Assembly: GCA_046735395.1 (NCBI GenBank)
Contig: JBJKQR010000053.1
Span: forward strand, 1 to 50,136
Length of the DNA stretch: 50,136 nucleotides
Direction: 5' to 3'
Source of the DNA: Fidelibacterota bacterium
Lineage (GTDB): Bacteria; Fidelibacterota; Fidelibacteria; Fidelibacterales; DSDE01
Under the pieces are notes generated by a model that saw nothing but the letters and a program-made list of their open reading frames with translations, was not told the DNA's origin and searched no databases. The position numbers and the translations under genes were made by a program. Positions 29,454-40,987 of this stretch are shown here, in pieces. Position 1 is the stretch's first letter. The number at the start of each line of letters is the position of its first letter.

Positions 29454-30074
29454 TCAGATCAGCCAGATTCTGCCCCGCTCCAGTCGCAGGTCACCGGCCC
29501 GCTGCATCTCCTCCAGAATACGGCTTACCACGACCCGGTTGCTGTTCAGTTCCGCTGCAATCTCGGCGTGAGTGATGCGGATGGGATTCCCCAGTGAAGC
29601 ATATTTATCCAGCAGCTGCCGTATCTGTTCGGCCATGGGATGCAGCTTCTTCATCTCCATACGGCCCATAATATCCATCAGACGCCGGTTCATGGTATCG
29701 AACAGCCACTCGGACCAGATCTCATGATTCCGGGTCCAGTCCCGGAATTTTTCTGCTGCAATGACTGCTATCTGCAGATCGCTCTCTGCCACCGCATTGG
29801 CGGTAATGGCGCTTCGGCTTAGCGCTGCATACGCTGTGAGTGTGCAGCTCTCGTGCCGTTCCACATGATACATGGTGATTTCATCACCATCGGCCGTAAG
29901 TTTATAAACGCGGATCCGGCCCTTCAGCAACACAAAGAATGCCGTGACCCGGTCACCCTCGAAGAGCAGATGCTGTCCGGCAGGAATGGTTTTTATCGTG
30001 AACGCTTCCTCAAATTCCGCCAGATCGGCGTTCGGGAGACTGCGAAAAAAATTAATATCATTGAGAAAGGACAT
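29454..30074 (-). CDS. Crp/Fnr family transcriptional regulator
   Basis: cNMP-binding fold (LLKGRIRVYK..G.E), C-terminal HTH ITHAEIAAELNSNRVVVSRIL. Confidence 0.93.
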   Translation of the reverse strand: MSFLNDINFFRSLPNADLAEFEEAFTIKTIPAGQHLLFEGDRVTAFFVLLKGRIRVYKLTADGDEITMYHVERHESCTLTAYAALSRSAITANAVAESDLQIAVIAAEKFRDWTRNHEIWSEWLFDTMNRRLMDIMGRMEMKKLHPMAEQIRQLLDKYASLGNPIRITHAEIAAELNSNRVVVSRILEEMQRAGDLRLERGRIWLI

Positions 30075-30116
30075 CAGCGCGATCGTCCTTCATATCTGTT
30101 CGCGACGTCAGGATTT

Positions 30117-32264
30117 TTACATCCCCATTGACTTGAAGAGAGGTGCATATTTCCTGTCCTCTCCCTGAATATGGTTAATCAGCCAATCCTTGAGAAAGGA
30201 CATCAGTTCGATGGAAATGGTGGCATTACCGCTCTCAAACTGGGTTTTGAAATCCACCACCTGCTTCACGAGATTCCCATGAATCCCCTTGTGTTTTATG
30301 GTCTCCGGGTATTTGAATTTTTCAAAATACTGTTCCTCGGTCCCGAAGTGAAAACCGGTATATTCCAGCAGCCGGTTCAGGATACGGGCCATCTCCAGCT
30401 GGCTCTTGCCCATTTTCATCCCTTTATGCAGGTCATTGATGATTTCCACGAGTTTCATGTGCTGTTCATCTATCTCCTGAATGCCCAGCATATAGCTTGA
30501 ACTCCAGCGGATCAGATCCCGCGCCGTCGTTTCATTTCCCGACTTCTGTGCAGTGGTGATACTGGCTTCGCTGATGCTGAATTTCTCTGCCATAACTTTG
30601 AGGGTTTCGGCCAGCCGTCCCAGATCCGATGAATTGGAATCCACATCCTGACTGGATCCGGACAGTTCCATGGCACGCCGGCTCACATCCTGAATATCGC
30701 GGGCGATCTGTTCTGAAAAACTTGAGGACCGGGATACGTTCTTATTGACTTCCTCTATACCCAGGGCAGCCTGCCGGATATTATCCGAAATTTCTGAGGT
30801 GCTGGTGCTCTGAGCTTCCACAGCCTGGGCGATTTCATCCACAATCTGTCCGATCCGCTCCATAACCAGTGAGATATCCTTGATTTCCGAAACGGTTTCA
30901 TTTGTGGAATTCTGCATACTTTCGATGGACTGACGGATTTCGTCGGTTGCATGCATGGTCTGGTTGGCCAGATCCTTGATTTCCTTGGCCACCACGGTAA
31001 ATCCCTTCCCCGCCTCGCCGGCCCGTGCCGCTTCGATGGTGGCATTCAGGGCCAGTAAGTTGGTCTGATCCGAGATATCATTGATAACCAGCGTCACCTT
31101 GTCAATCTCTTCGGCCGCATGATTCAGGGCATCAACCTTACTCGTGCTGGACTGCACCAGATTCAGCGCGTTACTTGTAATATTCTTGGCTTCCTTTGCC
31201 TTCACATCGACGGCATGAATGCTCTCGACCAGCATTTCCGAATTTCCCGCCATGACGGAGAGGTTCGTGGACGCTTCCTCGGAAGCTGCCGCCACAGAAT
31301 TCATATTACTGGCCATTTCATTTGTATTCTCGGAGAGATTCGTAGCTTTATCCGCCACATCACCGGCATTCTGGGACAGAACCCCCGAGATGGTCGTCAG
31401 CTCATTCGAAGAGGAACTGAGCGATACGAGTTCGCGGAGCATTCCGGCAATAATCGACGAAAAACTTGTACTGATTTCATTCAGTTTGAGGCCGATCTGA
31501 CTCATCTCGTCTTTCCGATTTGTTGAAAATAACCGGGAAATATCTCCGGTGGCCATCGTTGAGGCAAAATCCATAACCTGCCGGATTGACAGGGAAATTT
31601 CCCGGGCGATGATCCGACTGAATTTAAACATGCCGAAACCACCCAGAAATGTTATCAGCAGCATCAGCACACCGAGAATAACCGCCAACCTTCGAACGGC
31701 GGTCTTCCGCAGGTTCACTTCTTCGACCAGCCTGTTATCAATCGAATTCAGAATCTGACCGGCCGATTCAATATTTTTGATGGTACGGGCGGTAAAAACC
31801 TTTCGGCATTCCTCCTTCATCACAGCCGGATTGTTTTTATTATCACGGACAACCTTCTGAATCTCGGCGGCCGCGTCCTGAAGAGCCTGCTGTGATCCTT
31901 CCAGCTGGGTCAGCAGCGGCGTGATTTCGGGAATAAGCGCTTCCGCCTTAACCCGCTCAGCGCTGAACAGCCAGTCCTTCAAAGTGCATTTTTCATACTC
32001 CGTCAGCACATCCAGAGACTGAGCGCCTTCATCCAGCAAAAAATCACTGATGGTGTTCCGCCAATGCAGATGTTCGATATCCTTCTGCGACATGACACCC
32101 CGAAGGTCCTCCATCGCCTGGAGAGAATCGACTTTCTGCGCGTAAATAAACAGGCTGAACCAGCCGATAAAAACAATAAGCGCAATCAGCCCGGCAATGG
32201 CGACATAGCTTAAATTGAGTTTTTTCACAATGTTCATGGATTTCAAATCAACCATCTTCACCAC
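30117..32264 (-). CDS. Methyl-accepting chemotaxis protein with CZB-like sensor and C-terminal bacteriohemerythrin
   Basis: Two TMs; [23 protein letters not shown] hairpin; hemerythrin [26 protein letters not shown]. Confidence 0.93.
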   Translation of the reverse strand: MVKMVDLKSMNIVKKLNLSYVAIAGLIALIVFIGWFSLFIYAQKVDSLQAMEDLRGVMSQKDIEHLHWRNTISDFLLDEGAQSLDVLTEYEKCTLKDWLFSAERVKAEALIPEITPLLTQLEGSQQALQDAAAEIQKVVRDNKNNPAVMKEECRKVFTARTIKNIESAGQILNSIDNRLVEEVNLRKTAVRRLAVILGVLMLLITFLGGFGMFKFSRIIAREISLSIRQVMDFASTMATGDISRLFSTNRKDEMSQIGLKLNEISTSFSSIIAGMLRELVSLSSSSNELTTISGVLSQNAGDVADKATNLSENTNEMASNMNSVAAASEEASTNLSVMAGNSEMLVESIHAVDVKAKEAKNITSNALNLVQSSTSKVDALNHAAEEIDKVTLVINDISDQTNLLALNATIEAARAGEAGKGFTVVAKEIKDLANQTMHATDEIRQSIESMQNSTNETVSEIKDISLVMERIGQIVDEIAQAVEAQSTSTSEISDNIRQAALGIEEVNKNVSRSSSFSEQIARDIQDVSRRAMELSGSSQDVDSNSSDLGRLAETLKVMAEKFSISEASITTAQKSGNETTARDLIRWSSSYMLGIQEIDEQHMKLVEIINDLHKGMKMGKSQLEMARILNRLLEYTGFHFGTEEQYFEKFKYPETIKHKGIHGNLVKQVVDFKTQFESGNATISIELMSFLKDWLINHIQGEDRKYAPLFKSMGM

Positions 32265-32505
32265 TCCATACTAAGAATTAAACGGTCCGGGAGAACCCGG
32301 ACACTATATCCTTCCCTCCGAGTTATAAATTTACATCACGTGTTTCCGGGATAAAACAGGAATTTTTATGGATAAATGATCAGCAGGGAACGTGAATTAT
32401 ACCCGTTTTGGGGGATTCAGCTTAAAGAAGATTTCAATGATATCCCGAACCAGCAGACATCAGCCTGAGGTTCTGTATCTATGAGGCCGAACCTTAAATA
32501 AAGCG

Positions 32506-35496
32506 CTATACTAATCCGGAATTCAGCACACGCCGTATCACCCGGCTGAATTCAGTCAGGGAATAGGGTTTGGAAATCAGTTCCTCATCAGCTTCAAGCT
32601 TTCCATCCATATTGGTCAGAACGTCGTTGTAGCCGGAAACGAAGAGGATTTTCGTTTCGGGATTGGTCTCGCGCATAATCCTCGCCAGCTCCTTCCCCCC
32701 CATCTCGGGCATGATGACATCGGTCACGAGCAAATCGACATGTTGGGGACTCTGCTCCATGAATTCCAGAGCTCTGCGTCCGTTTTCAGCGAGAAGCACG
32801 GTGTAGCCCTGAGATGTGAGATAGTCATGCGTAAGTTCGCGGATCATTTCGTCGTCTTCTACATAGAGGATTGTTTCATGACCGCCTTCCTCCAGGAACT
32901 GAGACTCGGATTTGACAGGTCCCTCCGCCTGTCGGGACGCGGGCCAATAGATATAAAATGTCGTCCCCACATTCAATTCGGATTCCAGATGAATGAAGCC
33001 ACCATTCTGTTTCACTATTCCATAAACTGTCGACAGCCCAAGCCCGGTTCCCTCTCCGACAGGTTTGGTCGTGAAAAAGGGTGTAAAGATTTTTTCACTG
33101 ACCAGATCCGGCATACCTGACCCGTTGTCCGCAACCTTGATCACGATATACTGTCCGGCGGGGATCTTCATATTATCCAGATTTCTGTCCTGAGTCAATT
33201 CCAGCGATTCGGTGCTGATTTCGATCTGTCCCGTGGATTCATCCGATTTGGCGTTAATGGCATCCCGGGCATTGATCACCAGATTCGTCACGATCTGTTC
33301 GATCTGTACCGGGTCGGCGTCAACAAGGCGAGGCATCCTGTTCTCCGGGGAAATAATGTGAATATTTTCGCCGATCATCCGTTTGAGCATGATGTTCAGC
33401 TGATCGATCAGCTCGTTGATATCCACCGTCTTGGGAGAAAAAGTCTGCTTCCTGCTGAAGGCGAGCAGCTGCCGGACCAGATTCACAGCCCGGTTATTGC
33501 AGCTCTCAATCTGCTGAAGGGTATCTGCGGCCCGAGGGTTCCCCTTATTGATATACATTTTTGCTAAATCTGTAAAACCGATGGTTGCAGTCAGAATATT
33601 ATTAAAATCATGGGCAATACCCCCGGCCAGCTGTCCGATTCCTTCCAGTTTCTGCGAATGCAGAAGCTGTTCCTGCAGCGCCCTTCGTTCATCTTCCGCT
33701 TTTTTCTGTTCCGTGATATTTTCAACGATAACCAGAATCCGAGAAATCTTTCCCGTCCAGTCAGGCAGGGGGACGGTCTTATACAAATGGTACTGGCCGG
33801 ACAGGGAAAGTTCGAAACTCTGTTCCTCACCGGAAAAGGTCTTTCTGTACTGTTCTCTTAAAAATTGGGCCTCTTCACCGACCAATTCATCGACGCTTTT
33901 CCCGTTATAATCAGAAGGATTCATCCCTTTACGAAAAAATTCCTGGCCGCTGCTGTAGGCAATGGAATAATCCGGGTTGATAATGATCAGATAGGAATTG
34001 GGAATATTCTCTGTAATGGATATGAGCAGTTCTTCATTTTCCTTCAGAGACCGTTCCGCGGCCTTTCGTTCGGTAATATCCTGATGTGTCCCCACCATTC
34101 TCACCGCCTTGCCCTGGTCGTCCATCAGCTTGATTCCCTTGGACAGAATATCCACCCAGTGACCGCTCTTGTGCATCATGCGGAATTCCGTCTCAAAAAC
34201 CGGAAGTTCGCCGCTGACATACTTATTGATAATATCCCAGGTTTCCTTCACATCATCCGGATGAGTCAGTTTTTCCCAGGATGCGAATTCATTGACAATT
34301 TCCTCATCACGATATCCCAGGATGGATTTCCATGCATAGGAAAGCCACAGGCTGTTATCCACCAGATTCCAGTCCCAGATTCCCTCATTGCTGCCGTAAA
34401 TGGCCAGATTGTAGCGTTCTTCATTTTCCTTCAGCAGCATGAGCGCGCGGCGTTTCTCGGTAATATCTTCGAGCATTGTCGCAAAATATCCCTTTTCCGT
34501 GCTGTAGGCGATGATGGAAAACCATTTTCCGGCAAACTCCATATAATCTTCAAACTGTTCAGAGCCCCCTTCCAGCGCTATTTTTCCATAGCGCGGAATC
34601 CATTCGTTCATCACCAGGCCGGAATCGGGAAGTGTTTCCGATATACGTCGATTAAGTATTTTTTCCTTCTTCTGGCCAGTTATCATTTCAAATGCGGGAT
34701 TCACATCCAGAATGACGAAATCCACCGGTTCTCCTTTTTCATCGGTCACGATACGATGGTAGGCAAAGGCATTGGTCATATTTGTAAATACGGAACTGAG
34801 CATCATTTCCCGCTTTTCGAGCTGCTGTTCCACCGATAAGCGCTTCCGGATAATCGTATCAAAGACAGACAGAAGAATACGCAGGGAAATAGGCAGAATG
34901 ATAATCAGAATGGCGATAATGGCAATAAGCAGGGGACGAAGGTTGTTCTTAATTTCCTGATGAAAGCTGTCGGAAGACCGGTGTACACCCAACATGAGCG
35001 CACTTCCCGGAACACGTCTGAACACTGCGATCTGTTTCTGGCCGGCTGCCGAAATATAAGATCCTGAGTAGACCGTATCCCGGTTGTAGAGCTCCTCCAG
35101 ATTCCCCTCAAATTCCGGAACTTCATTTGCCCCGGCAAAATTTCCCACGGATTCCGGATTCATGGTATGCAGCACCAGATTTACATTACTGTCCACAATA
35201 CAGATATATTCATCATCCGGCTTGTTCGGAATCCGTCGCCATCTCTTTTCAATGGTCGCAACAACCTGGGAATCCGTTGCATTTCCCGTTGAATCCGTCA
35301 GATCCTCAAGCAGCATCAGGCTTTTTACGCGGTAGAGCTTCGTGTACAGATCCACACCGTTTTTCAGAGATATCTGGTAACTGATCATCAGAATGGACAC
35401 GGTGAACACAATGACGAATCCGATCGTCAGAAGTACGGTTCGGTAAGCGCTGCGTTCGCTTCTCACTGTATCTAGAAGGTTTTTACTGCTCATCAT
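32506..35496 (-). CDS. Membrane hybrid sensor histidine kinase (periplasmic sensor, 3 PAS, HisKA/HATPase, REC)
   Basis: [18 protein letters not shown]-box, [30 protein letters not shown]...TDVIMP. Start ATG 35496. Confidence 0.94.
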   Translation of the reverse strand: MMSSKNLLDTVRSERSAYRTVLLTIGFVIVFTVSILMISYQISLKNGVDLYTKLYRVKSLMLLEDLTDSTGNATDSQVVATIEKRWRRIPNKPDDEYICIVDSNVNLVLHTMNPESVGNFAGANEVPEFEGNLEELYNRDTVYSGSYISAAGQKQIAVFRRVPGSALMLGVHRSSDSFHQEIKNNLRPLLIAIIAILIIILPISLRILLSVFDTIIRKRLSVEQQLEKREMMLSSVFTNMTNAFAYHRIVTDEKGEPVDFVILDVNPAFEMITGQKKEKILNRRISETLPDSGLVMNEWIPRYGKIALEGGSEQFEDYMEFAGKWFSIIAYSTEKGYFATMLEDITEKRRALMLLKENEERYNLAIYGSNEGIWDWNLVDNSLWLSYAWKSILGYRDEEIVNEFASWEKLTHPDDVKETWDIINKYVSGELPVFETEFRMMHKSGHWVDILSKGIKLMDDQGKAVRMVGTHQDITERKAAERSLKENEELLISITENIPNSYLIIINPDYSIAYSSGQEFFRKGMNPSDYNGKSVDELVGEEAQFLREQYRKTFSGEEQSFELSLSGQYHLYKTVPLPDWTGKISRILVIVENITEQKKAEDERRALQEQLLHSQKLEGIGQLAGGIAHDFNNILTATIGFTDLAKMYINKGNPRAADTLQQIESCNNRAVNLVRQLLAFSRKQTFSPKTVDINELIDQLNIMLKRMIGENIHIISPENRMPRLVDADPVQIEQIVTNLVINARDAINAKSDESTGQIEISTESLELTQDRNLDNMKIPAGQYIVIKVADNGSGMPDLVSEKIFTPFFTTKPVGEGTGLGLSTVYGIVKQNGGFIHLESELNVGTTFYIYWPASRQAEGPVKSESQFLEEGGHETILYVEDDEMIRELTHDYLTSQGYTVLLAENGRRALEFMEQSPQHVDLLVTDVIMPEMGGKELARIMRETNPETKILFVSGYNDVLTNMDGKLEADEELISKPYSLTEFSRVIRRVLNSGLV

Positions 35497-35497
35497 A

Positions 35498-37018
35498 TCA
35501 TTCTCTCCGAACCTGCAACTTATCATAGTTCAGGACAGTTTTGATCAGTGACGCCAGAGAGCGCGTATCTGCAGATTTCTGGTAACTGTAGCCCGAATCC
35601 GTATACCATTCGGCCACGGTTACATTTCCGGCCCCGTCATAGCAGACATTCGCACCCCGTGCCTCGGGATTATACATAAAACGGATGCGGGATGGATCAA
35701 TCTGGTAATCCAGCAGAAGATCCACCAGGCTGCCGATACTGTGCCGATGCGGAGCAATGAGAGTCACGTTCAGAAGCGGCCATTCATAACGATAAACCCG
35801 ATATCGGCGAATATGGCGGATCAGCGTTTCGGTAAAATTGCTCTCTTCGAAGCTGCCGCGAAAATTCCAGAAACGCCGGTACACCACATCGGTCGGAGTA
35901 AGGTGAGCCATGTAGGCAAAAACTGAATCTTTTGAAATCACCATGGCGGTGCAGGAAGCCACGCCCCAGGTGCGGAGATTTTCACGGCCGGACACATTCC
36001 CGTATTCATTCATATCCACCCGCCGCGCCTTTTCTGATGCAAAGCTCGTATCCGGATCCGGATGGAAAGGCTCTGTATTCTGCGCCAGCAATGAAAGCAT
36101 TTTCGGAAGGAGATCACCACTGTGCGACAGATAATAATCCCGAAGAATCTCGCTTTCATCCATTTCCACCAGCAGTACCCAGGACTGGCCGTGCATGGTC
36201 AGCTTTTCATAACTGCTGTAAACCATGACACCCCGGTAATCATTGATGATACACTCGCCGGAGGATTGTTCCAATGCATTTCTTACGGCTTTTGTATCCA
36301 CATGTTTGCGGAGAGTGGTCCCTTCTCCGATGAACCGCGAATTGCTGAGCATAAGCCGATTTTCATTCACGAGATACACTTCGCCCGTGCTGCCCAGATC
36401 CCGCGGGTTATTCAGAACAACATTAATATGGTTGATATCATTCTGCAGGACAAACCACCCTTCAAACTGCATCCCATCATAGACCGGAACACTGAAGAAG
36501 GCGGCGGCCTCGCCGGAGGGCGGATAATATTCATAACCGGAGAAATCCGGTGTACGGCGATCCCGCAGGTGGCGCGCCAGGCTCGTTTCCTTCAGTTCAC
36601 CGGTGAAAATATTCTGAAGATAATCCGATTCCTGACGGATGCTGTGAAACACAAATCCCGTGCTGTCAATAAACAGCAGGTTGTAAAACGTCGCATAATT
36701 CAATACGAAATGATCATCGATCCGCTCTTCATCCTGCCGTGACAACTGCACATCCCCCTCTTTCATTTTCAGGAATTCAGCAATCAGCAGTTTATCATTT
36801 TCCAGATTCATAGCGGATTTTTCCTGATCCGAATAATATTTTTTCAGAAAGGCCAGACGTTCAACTTTGATCCGTTTCAAACGCCGGAAGCCCTCTTCCT
36901 TGATATTTCCTTCAAACGGGAAAATACCGCTTCCGAACAGAATGACTGCGGCAGCAACGGCTATTATCAGAAGCGTTGAAACACCATATATCCAATTTTT
37001 TTTCCGCATAAAAAACAC
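35498..37018 (-). CDS. Membrane-anchored dCache domain protein with C-terminal CheD-like (Cys/His) domain
   Basis: One N-terminal TM; Cache motifs (LLFID..G.V, YYPPSGEAAAF, LGSTGEVYLV, DYRG..V, WVLLVEMD) paralogous to the adjacent MCP; C-terminal VDMNEY...LRTWGVASCTAMVI...AYMAHL. Confidence 0.75.
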   Translation of the reverse strand: MFFMRKKNWIYGVSTLLIIAVAAAVILFGSGIFPFEGNIKEEGFRRLKRIKVERLAFLKKYYSDQEKSAMNLENDKLLIAEFLKMKEGDVQLSRQDEERIDDHFVLNYATFYNLLFIDSTGFVFHSIRQESDYLQNIFTGELKETSLARHLRDRRTPDFSGYEYYPPSGEAAAFFSVPVYDGMQFEGWFVLQNDINHINVVLNNPRDLGSTGEVYLVNENRLMLSNSRFIGEGTTLRKHVDTKAVRNALEQSSGECIINDYRGVMVYSSYEKLTMHGQSWVLLVEMDESEILRDYYLSHSGDLLPKMLSLLAQNTEPFHPDPDTSFASEKARRVDMNEYGNVSGRENLRTWGVASCTAMVISKDSVFAYMAHLTPTDVVYRRFWNFRGSFEESNFTETLIRHIRRYRVYRYEWPLLNVTLIAPHRHSIGSLVDLLLDYQIDPSRIRFMYNPEARGANVCYDGAGNVTVAEWYTDSGYSYQKSADTRSLASLIKTVLNYDKLQVRRE

Positions 37019-37120
37019 GTCCTGTTCCTAACTGCCGGTTCCGGATCATCTCTCCGTGAATCCAAGCATAAAATAATACGGGAAGCCCTGAATAATCAGT
37101 AAAAACTTCCCGCCTTTTAT

Positions 37121-37153
37121 AAAAAAACAGGCCGGCTTTTCTCCCGCCTGTTT
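37121..37153 (-). terminator. Rho-independent terminator after the MCP gene
   Basis: Minus strand AAACAGGCGGG...CCGGCCTGTTTTTTT. Confidence 0.7.
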
Positions 37154-37172
37154 AAGGAACCTGTATTACAGA

Positions 37173-39944
37173 TCAGAAATCATTGAATTCATCACCCTCA
37201 AGTGAAATTACTAATTCCGGATGGCCCTGTTTCAGAGCGGCATGCGCCACCCTGTCAGATCTGCCGGCAGACGTATTCAGGGCTGGGAACAGACCGCTCA
37301 GATGAAACTGATCCACCATGGCAGCCAGATCCGAAGCCTGCGCATTCAATTCTTCCGAAGCCGACGCGCTCTGCTCACTGTTCGCCGCATTTTCCTGCGT
37401 TACCTGATTCATCTGCGCAATGGCCAGATTCATCTGGTCAATTCCCGTTGCCTGTTCCCGGCTGGCCACGGCGATCTCACCCACCAGGTCCCGGACTTTC
37501 TGTGAACTGCCGTCAATTTTTTCCAGAAGGCCGGTGATCTCTCCGACTATCTCGGTCCCGGAATGGGCATTGCTGATGGATTCCTCGATCATCTCCGTGG
37601 TAGTTTTCGCAGCGTCTGCGCTTCGCTGCGCCAGATTGCGGACCTCCTCGGCAACCACGGCAAATCCCTTGCCCGCTTCGCCTGCCCGTGCGGCTTCCAC
37701 CGCTGCGTTCAGGGCCAGCAGGTTGGTCTGAAAAGCAATATCATCAATTGCCTGAATAATTGTGGCGGTTTCATCCGAACTTGTCTTGATCCGGCTCATG
37801 GCCGAAGTCATTTTCTTCATGCCCACATTTCCCTGCCGGGCCAGATCATTCGCCTCTTCGCTCAGCAGGTTGGCATGGTGGGCGTTATCGGCGCTCTGAT
37901 TTGTCATGGACGCCATCTGCTCCAGAGCGGAGGAAACTTCCTCCAGCGCGGCGGCCTGTTCATTGGCGCCCTCCGCCAGGCTCTGGCTTCCGCGGCTGAT
38001 CTGATCCGATGCTGAGTTCACCTGCCGGACCCCTTCGTCCACATGGGCAAGCGCCTGATCCAGATTGTCCACAGCCTGATTGATATAGTTTTTAAATTCC
38101 TCAAATTTTCCCTGATAGCTGCCGTTCACCCGGGCCGTCATATCCTTACCGGCCACCTTCGACATGACCGTAATCGCTTCCATTATGGGTTCTACGATGG
38201 CGGCCAGCATTTCATTGATTCCCCGGGCAATGCCTTCCCAGCTGCCTTCAAAATTCCCCGCGTTGGCTCTGCGTTCCAGCTGGCCGTCCTTCGATGCGGA
38301 AATCAGATCCCCGATTTCACGGGAAATTCCCTTGAGATTCTCCCGGATCTTCTCGACCGTCTCATTGATGAAGACTTTCTTCCCCGGGAAGGTTTCCAGT
38401 TCTGCATCAAAATCCCCGCGCCCGAAGGCTTCCACGGCTGCCATGGCTTTTTTCTTCACGGAAATATGTCCGAAAACCATGAGATTGATCCCTTCGGCCA
38501 TTCTGCGGTATTCGCCCTGAAATCTCTGCGTATCAATCTTCACGTCAATATCACCCAGATCATGCTGTTCGCTCATCCGGTTGATTTCGGTAATCAATTC
38601 GGTCAGGCTGTCAATGAGAGCATTCAGGTTCACCTTGATCTTGTTGAAGTCACCGAAATAGTCCTTCGTGATTTTCGGCGGAATCTCACCGGATGAAATT
38701 TTATCCACATAATCTGCCGTCATCTCTATGGGTTCAATGAAGGTTTCGACCAGCTCATTCGTACTCCGCACCACTTCGCGGTAGTCTATGACGACCCGGG
38801 ACGGATCTCCCCGGGCGCTCAGATCCCCATTGATAATATTTTCCGCCAGCCGCTTGAGCTGTCTGATAATACCCGAAATCTCCATCTGTATATTGACGGC
38901 CAGCAGAATACCGAGCAGGGCAAAAACCAGATTGATAACCACGACGGCGATAATGATGGATCTCTGCAATGCCAGAACCGGGACATCCACTTCGTCCCTG
39001 GCCTTTTCAACCAGCACTGCCCAGCGAAGGCCGGACGGAAGATCAATCCGCTTATAGGATGTCAGCACCGTATTACCGTGATAACTTGAAATAACGGATT
39101 CACCCTTCTCGCCGTTGAGGGCAGCCCGGGCAGCATCCGTATCCACACCGTTCCGGTGTACGGATCCGGAAAAGGACGCGTCCACCGAATGGGCTGTGGA
39201 ATCTATATAGGAATCGGACCGCATCCGCTTGTCCATTCCCAGAAGGTAGGATTCACCGGATTCTCCCATTCCGCTCCGTTCCTGCATAATCGCATCCACG
39301 CTCCGAAGTGATATTTTCACCGCCACCACACCGATTTTTTCTCCGTCCTTCAGAACGGGAACCGCCACAAACTGGGCCGGTGCGTTGCCATCCGGCGCAT
39401 AAGGTTCCAGATCCGTCAATTCAGCCTTCCCCGACCTCAGAACGTCTTTGAACAACACAGACAGACTTGAACGTTCCCGGTTGAGCCTTGCTCCGAAATC
39501 ACTTTTTTTACCCACACTGTACAGGACATCCCCATTTTCCGATATAATAAACAGATCCCTGTAGCCGAAAGCCTGGCAGTAGGTCGTAAAATAGGGCGAA
39601 TACACATCATGCATGATACGGTATTCCATATCATTCATCAATTTCCGTCCCTGGATTTTGCGGCGTTTCGCCGACGCGGCCGCCTTCTCAAAATCATATA
39701 GAGCCATGGTCACATAGGGGTCACCGGCCAGGACCTCCACGTCTCCCATCCGTTCGCTGAAAAAATCCACGATCTGCCGGCCCTTGATCTCCCTGACCGT
39801 TCGCAGCTGATTGAAAGTCTGTTCATACAGAGCTTTTTTCGAATTATTCAGGGAGATATAGGCGACAATCACGACCGCCGCCACGATACTTCCGATGATG
39901 CTGGAAACCAGTTTGAGCCGCATGCTGATATTCGACAGGATCAT
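37173..39944 (-). CDS. Methyl-accepting chemotaxis protein (dCache, poly-HAMP)
   Basis: Two TMs flanking dCache; repeated HAMP-like units; [37 protein letters not shown]. Confidence 0.95.
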   Translation of the reverse strand: MILSNISMRLKLVSSIIGSIVAAVVIVAYISLNNSKKALYEQTFNQLRTVREIKGRQIVDFFSERMGDVEVLAGDPYVTMALYDFEKAAASAKRRKIQGRKLMNDMEYRIMHDVYSPYFTTYCQAFGYRDLFIISENGDVLYSVGKKSDFGARLNRERSSLSVLFKDVLRSGKAELTDLEPYAPDGNAPAQFVAVPVLKDGEKIGVVAVKISLRSVDAIMQERSGMGESGESYLLGMDKRMRSDSYIDSTAHSVDASFSGSVHRNGVDTDAARAALNGEKGESVISSYHGNTVLTSYKRIDLPSGLRWAVLVEKARDEVDVPVLALQRSIIIAVVVINLVFALLGILLAVNIQMEISGIIRQLKRLAENIINGDLSARGDPSRVVIDYREVVRSTNELVETFIEPIEMTADYVDKISSGEIPPKITKDYFGDFNKIKVNLNALIDSLTELITEINRMSEQHDLGDIDVKIDTQRFQGEYRRMAEGINLMVFGHISVKKKAMAAVEAFGRGDFDAELETFPGKKVFINETVEKIRENLKGISREIGDLISASKDGQLERRANAGNFEGSWEGIARGINEMLAAIVEPIMEAITVMSKVAGKDMTARVNGSYQGKFEEFKNYINQAVDNLDQALAHVDEGVRQVNSASDQISRGSQSLAEGANEQAAALEEVSSALEQMASMTNQSADNAHHANLLSEEANDLARQGNVGMKKMTSAMSRIKTSSDETATIIQAIDDIAFQTNLLALNAAVEAARAGEAGKGFAVVAEEVRNLAQRSADAAKTTTEMIEESISNAHSGTEIVGEITGLLEKIDGSSQKVRDLVGEIAVASREQATGIDQMNLAIAQMNQVTQENAANSEQSASASEELNAQASDLAAMVDQFHLSGLFPALNTSAGRSDRVAHAALKQGHPELVISLEGDEFNDF

Positions 39945-39945
39945 T

Positions 39946-40455
39946 CTACTTCCCTGATTTTTTCTTCAGATTCGCCATTATCTCCAGATCATCCTCCGAC
40001 AGAAGTTCTTCAATGCTTAACAGGGACAGGACCCGGCCTTTGGACTTCGCGACTCCCATGATAAAGGGATTATCAAACGAATCTCCGAATACGGGGATTT
40101 CCTCGACTTCCGACCGGTCAATATCCATCACTTCCGAAACGCTGTCCACAACAATACCGATCTCCTGAATCAGCTCACCATGACGAATTTCCAGGACAAT
40201 AATGGACGTATCCTTGCTGCTGTCCGCCTGAGCCAGCCCGAATTTCACTCTCATATCTATAACCGGGAGGACCTGGTTGCGCAGATTGATGACGCCTCTC
40301 ACGTAGGCCGGCGTTCCCGGAATTTTATTAATATCAATGATTCCGATAATCGTCTTCACTTTCAGAATATCAATGCCATACTCGTCCACACCCAGCCGAA
40401 AGCTAAGGTACTTTCCGGCCCGGTTTGACTGCAAGATTTCCTGCATTTCAATCAT
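39946..40455 (-). CDS. cheW: Chemotaxis coupling protein CheW
   Basis: [40 protein letters not shown]. Confidence 0.95.
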   Translation of the reverse strand: MIEMQEILQSNRAGKYLSFRLGVDEYGIDILKVKTIIGIIDINKIPGTPAYVRGVINLRNQVLPVIDMRVKFGLAQADSSKDTSIIVLEIRHGELIQEIGIVVDSVSEVMDIDRSEVEEIPVFGDSFDNPFIMGVAKSKGRVLSLLSIEELLSEDDLEIMANLKKKSGK

Positions 40456-40556
40456 TCATCATTCTCCTTCGCTGCCGTTCCCTGGCATTACACCCAGTTA
40501 TTTTGACTGCATCACGCATCGCGTCCCATCGCAGTTTTGTCACACCTTCTCTTACG

Positions 40557-40572
40557 GCAAGATCAATGCCAA
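40557..40572 (-). promoter_or_regulatory. Sigma54 (-24/-12) promoter for cheW-mcp
   Basis: Minus strand TTGGCATTGATCTTGC matches TGGCAC-N5-TTGC, about 100 bp upstream of cheW. Confidence 0.8.
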
Positions 40573-40601
40573 TGCGATAAACAAAATTACAAAGCAATAA
40601 T

Positions 40602-40614
40602 TATCAATATGTTG
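40602..40614. promoter_or_regulatory. IHF-consensus site
   Basis: TATCAATATGTTG matches WATCAANNNNTTR and lies between the sigma54 promoter and the upstream palindromes. Confidence 0.65.
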
Positions 40615-40729
40615 CGAAATATTTACATTGGATATGCAGCGGCTTTAGCGGGAGACACAAGTTGACGAAAATTACACGATTCGCACTCAATTTCATGTTA
40701 TTATTACAGATACATCCGCAGGCCATCCC

Positions 40730-40763
40730 GTCAACCACGGTTGACACGTCAACGGCTGTTGAC
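40730..40763. promoter_or_regulatory. Tandem palindromes, candidate enhancer (UAS) sites
   Basis: GTCAAC-CACG-GTTGAC AC GTCAAC-GGCT-GTTGAC. Confidence 0.6.
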
Positions 40764-40987
40764 AGGGAACCGGTTTATTTTCGAATTCACCGACAGGCCG
40801 GACCCACCGCCATCTCCGCAATGTGCCCCACATCACACGGCTCTTTTTGCACAAGGCCCCCAATGTGACCGGCAGGACATGCAGATCGGGATAAACACCG
40901 GGCCATGCCACGGGATATTATCCGCTGCACCCGTTTTTTCCCCGTCTTCAGCATTGGAAATTTCCCTGTTTTTTTATAAACTTGGAC

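Noticed and set aside
40460..40550. Possible c-di-GMP-I riboswitch in the cheW leader (GGGACGC and a hairpin)
   Set aside because: Lacks the GAAA tetraloop/receptor and the second-stem pattern; insufficient support.
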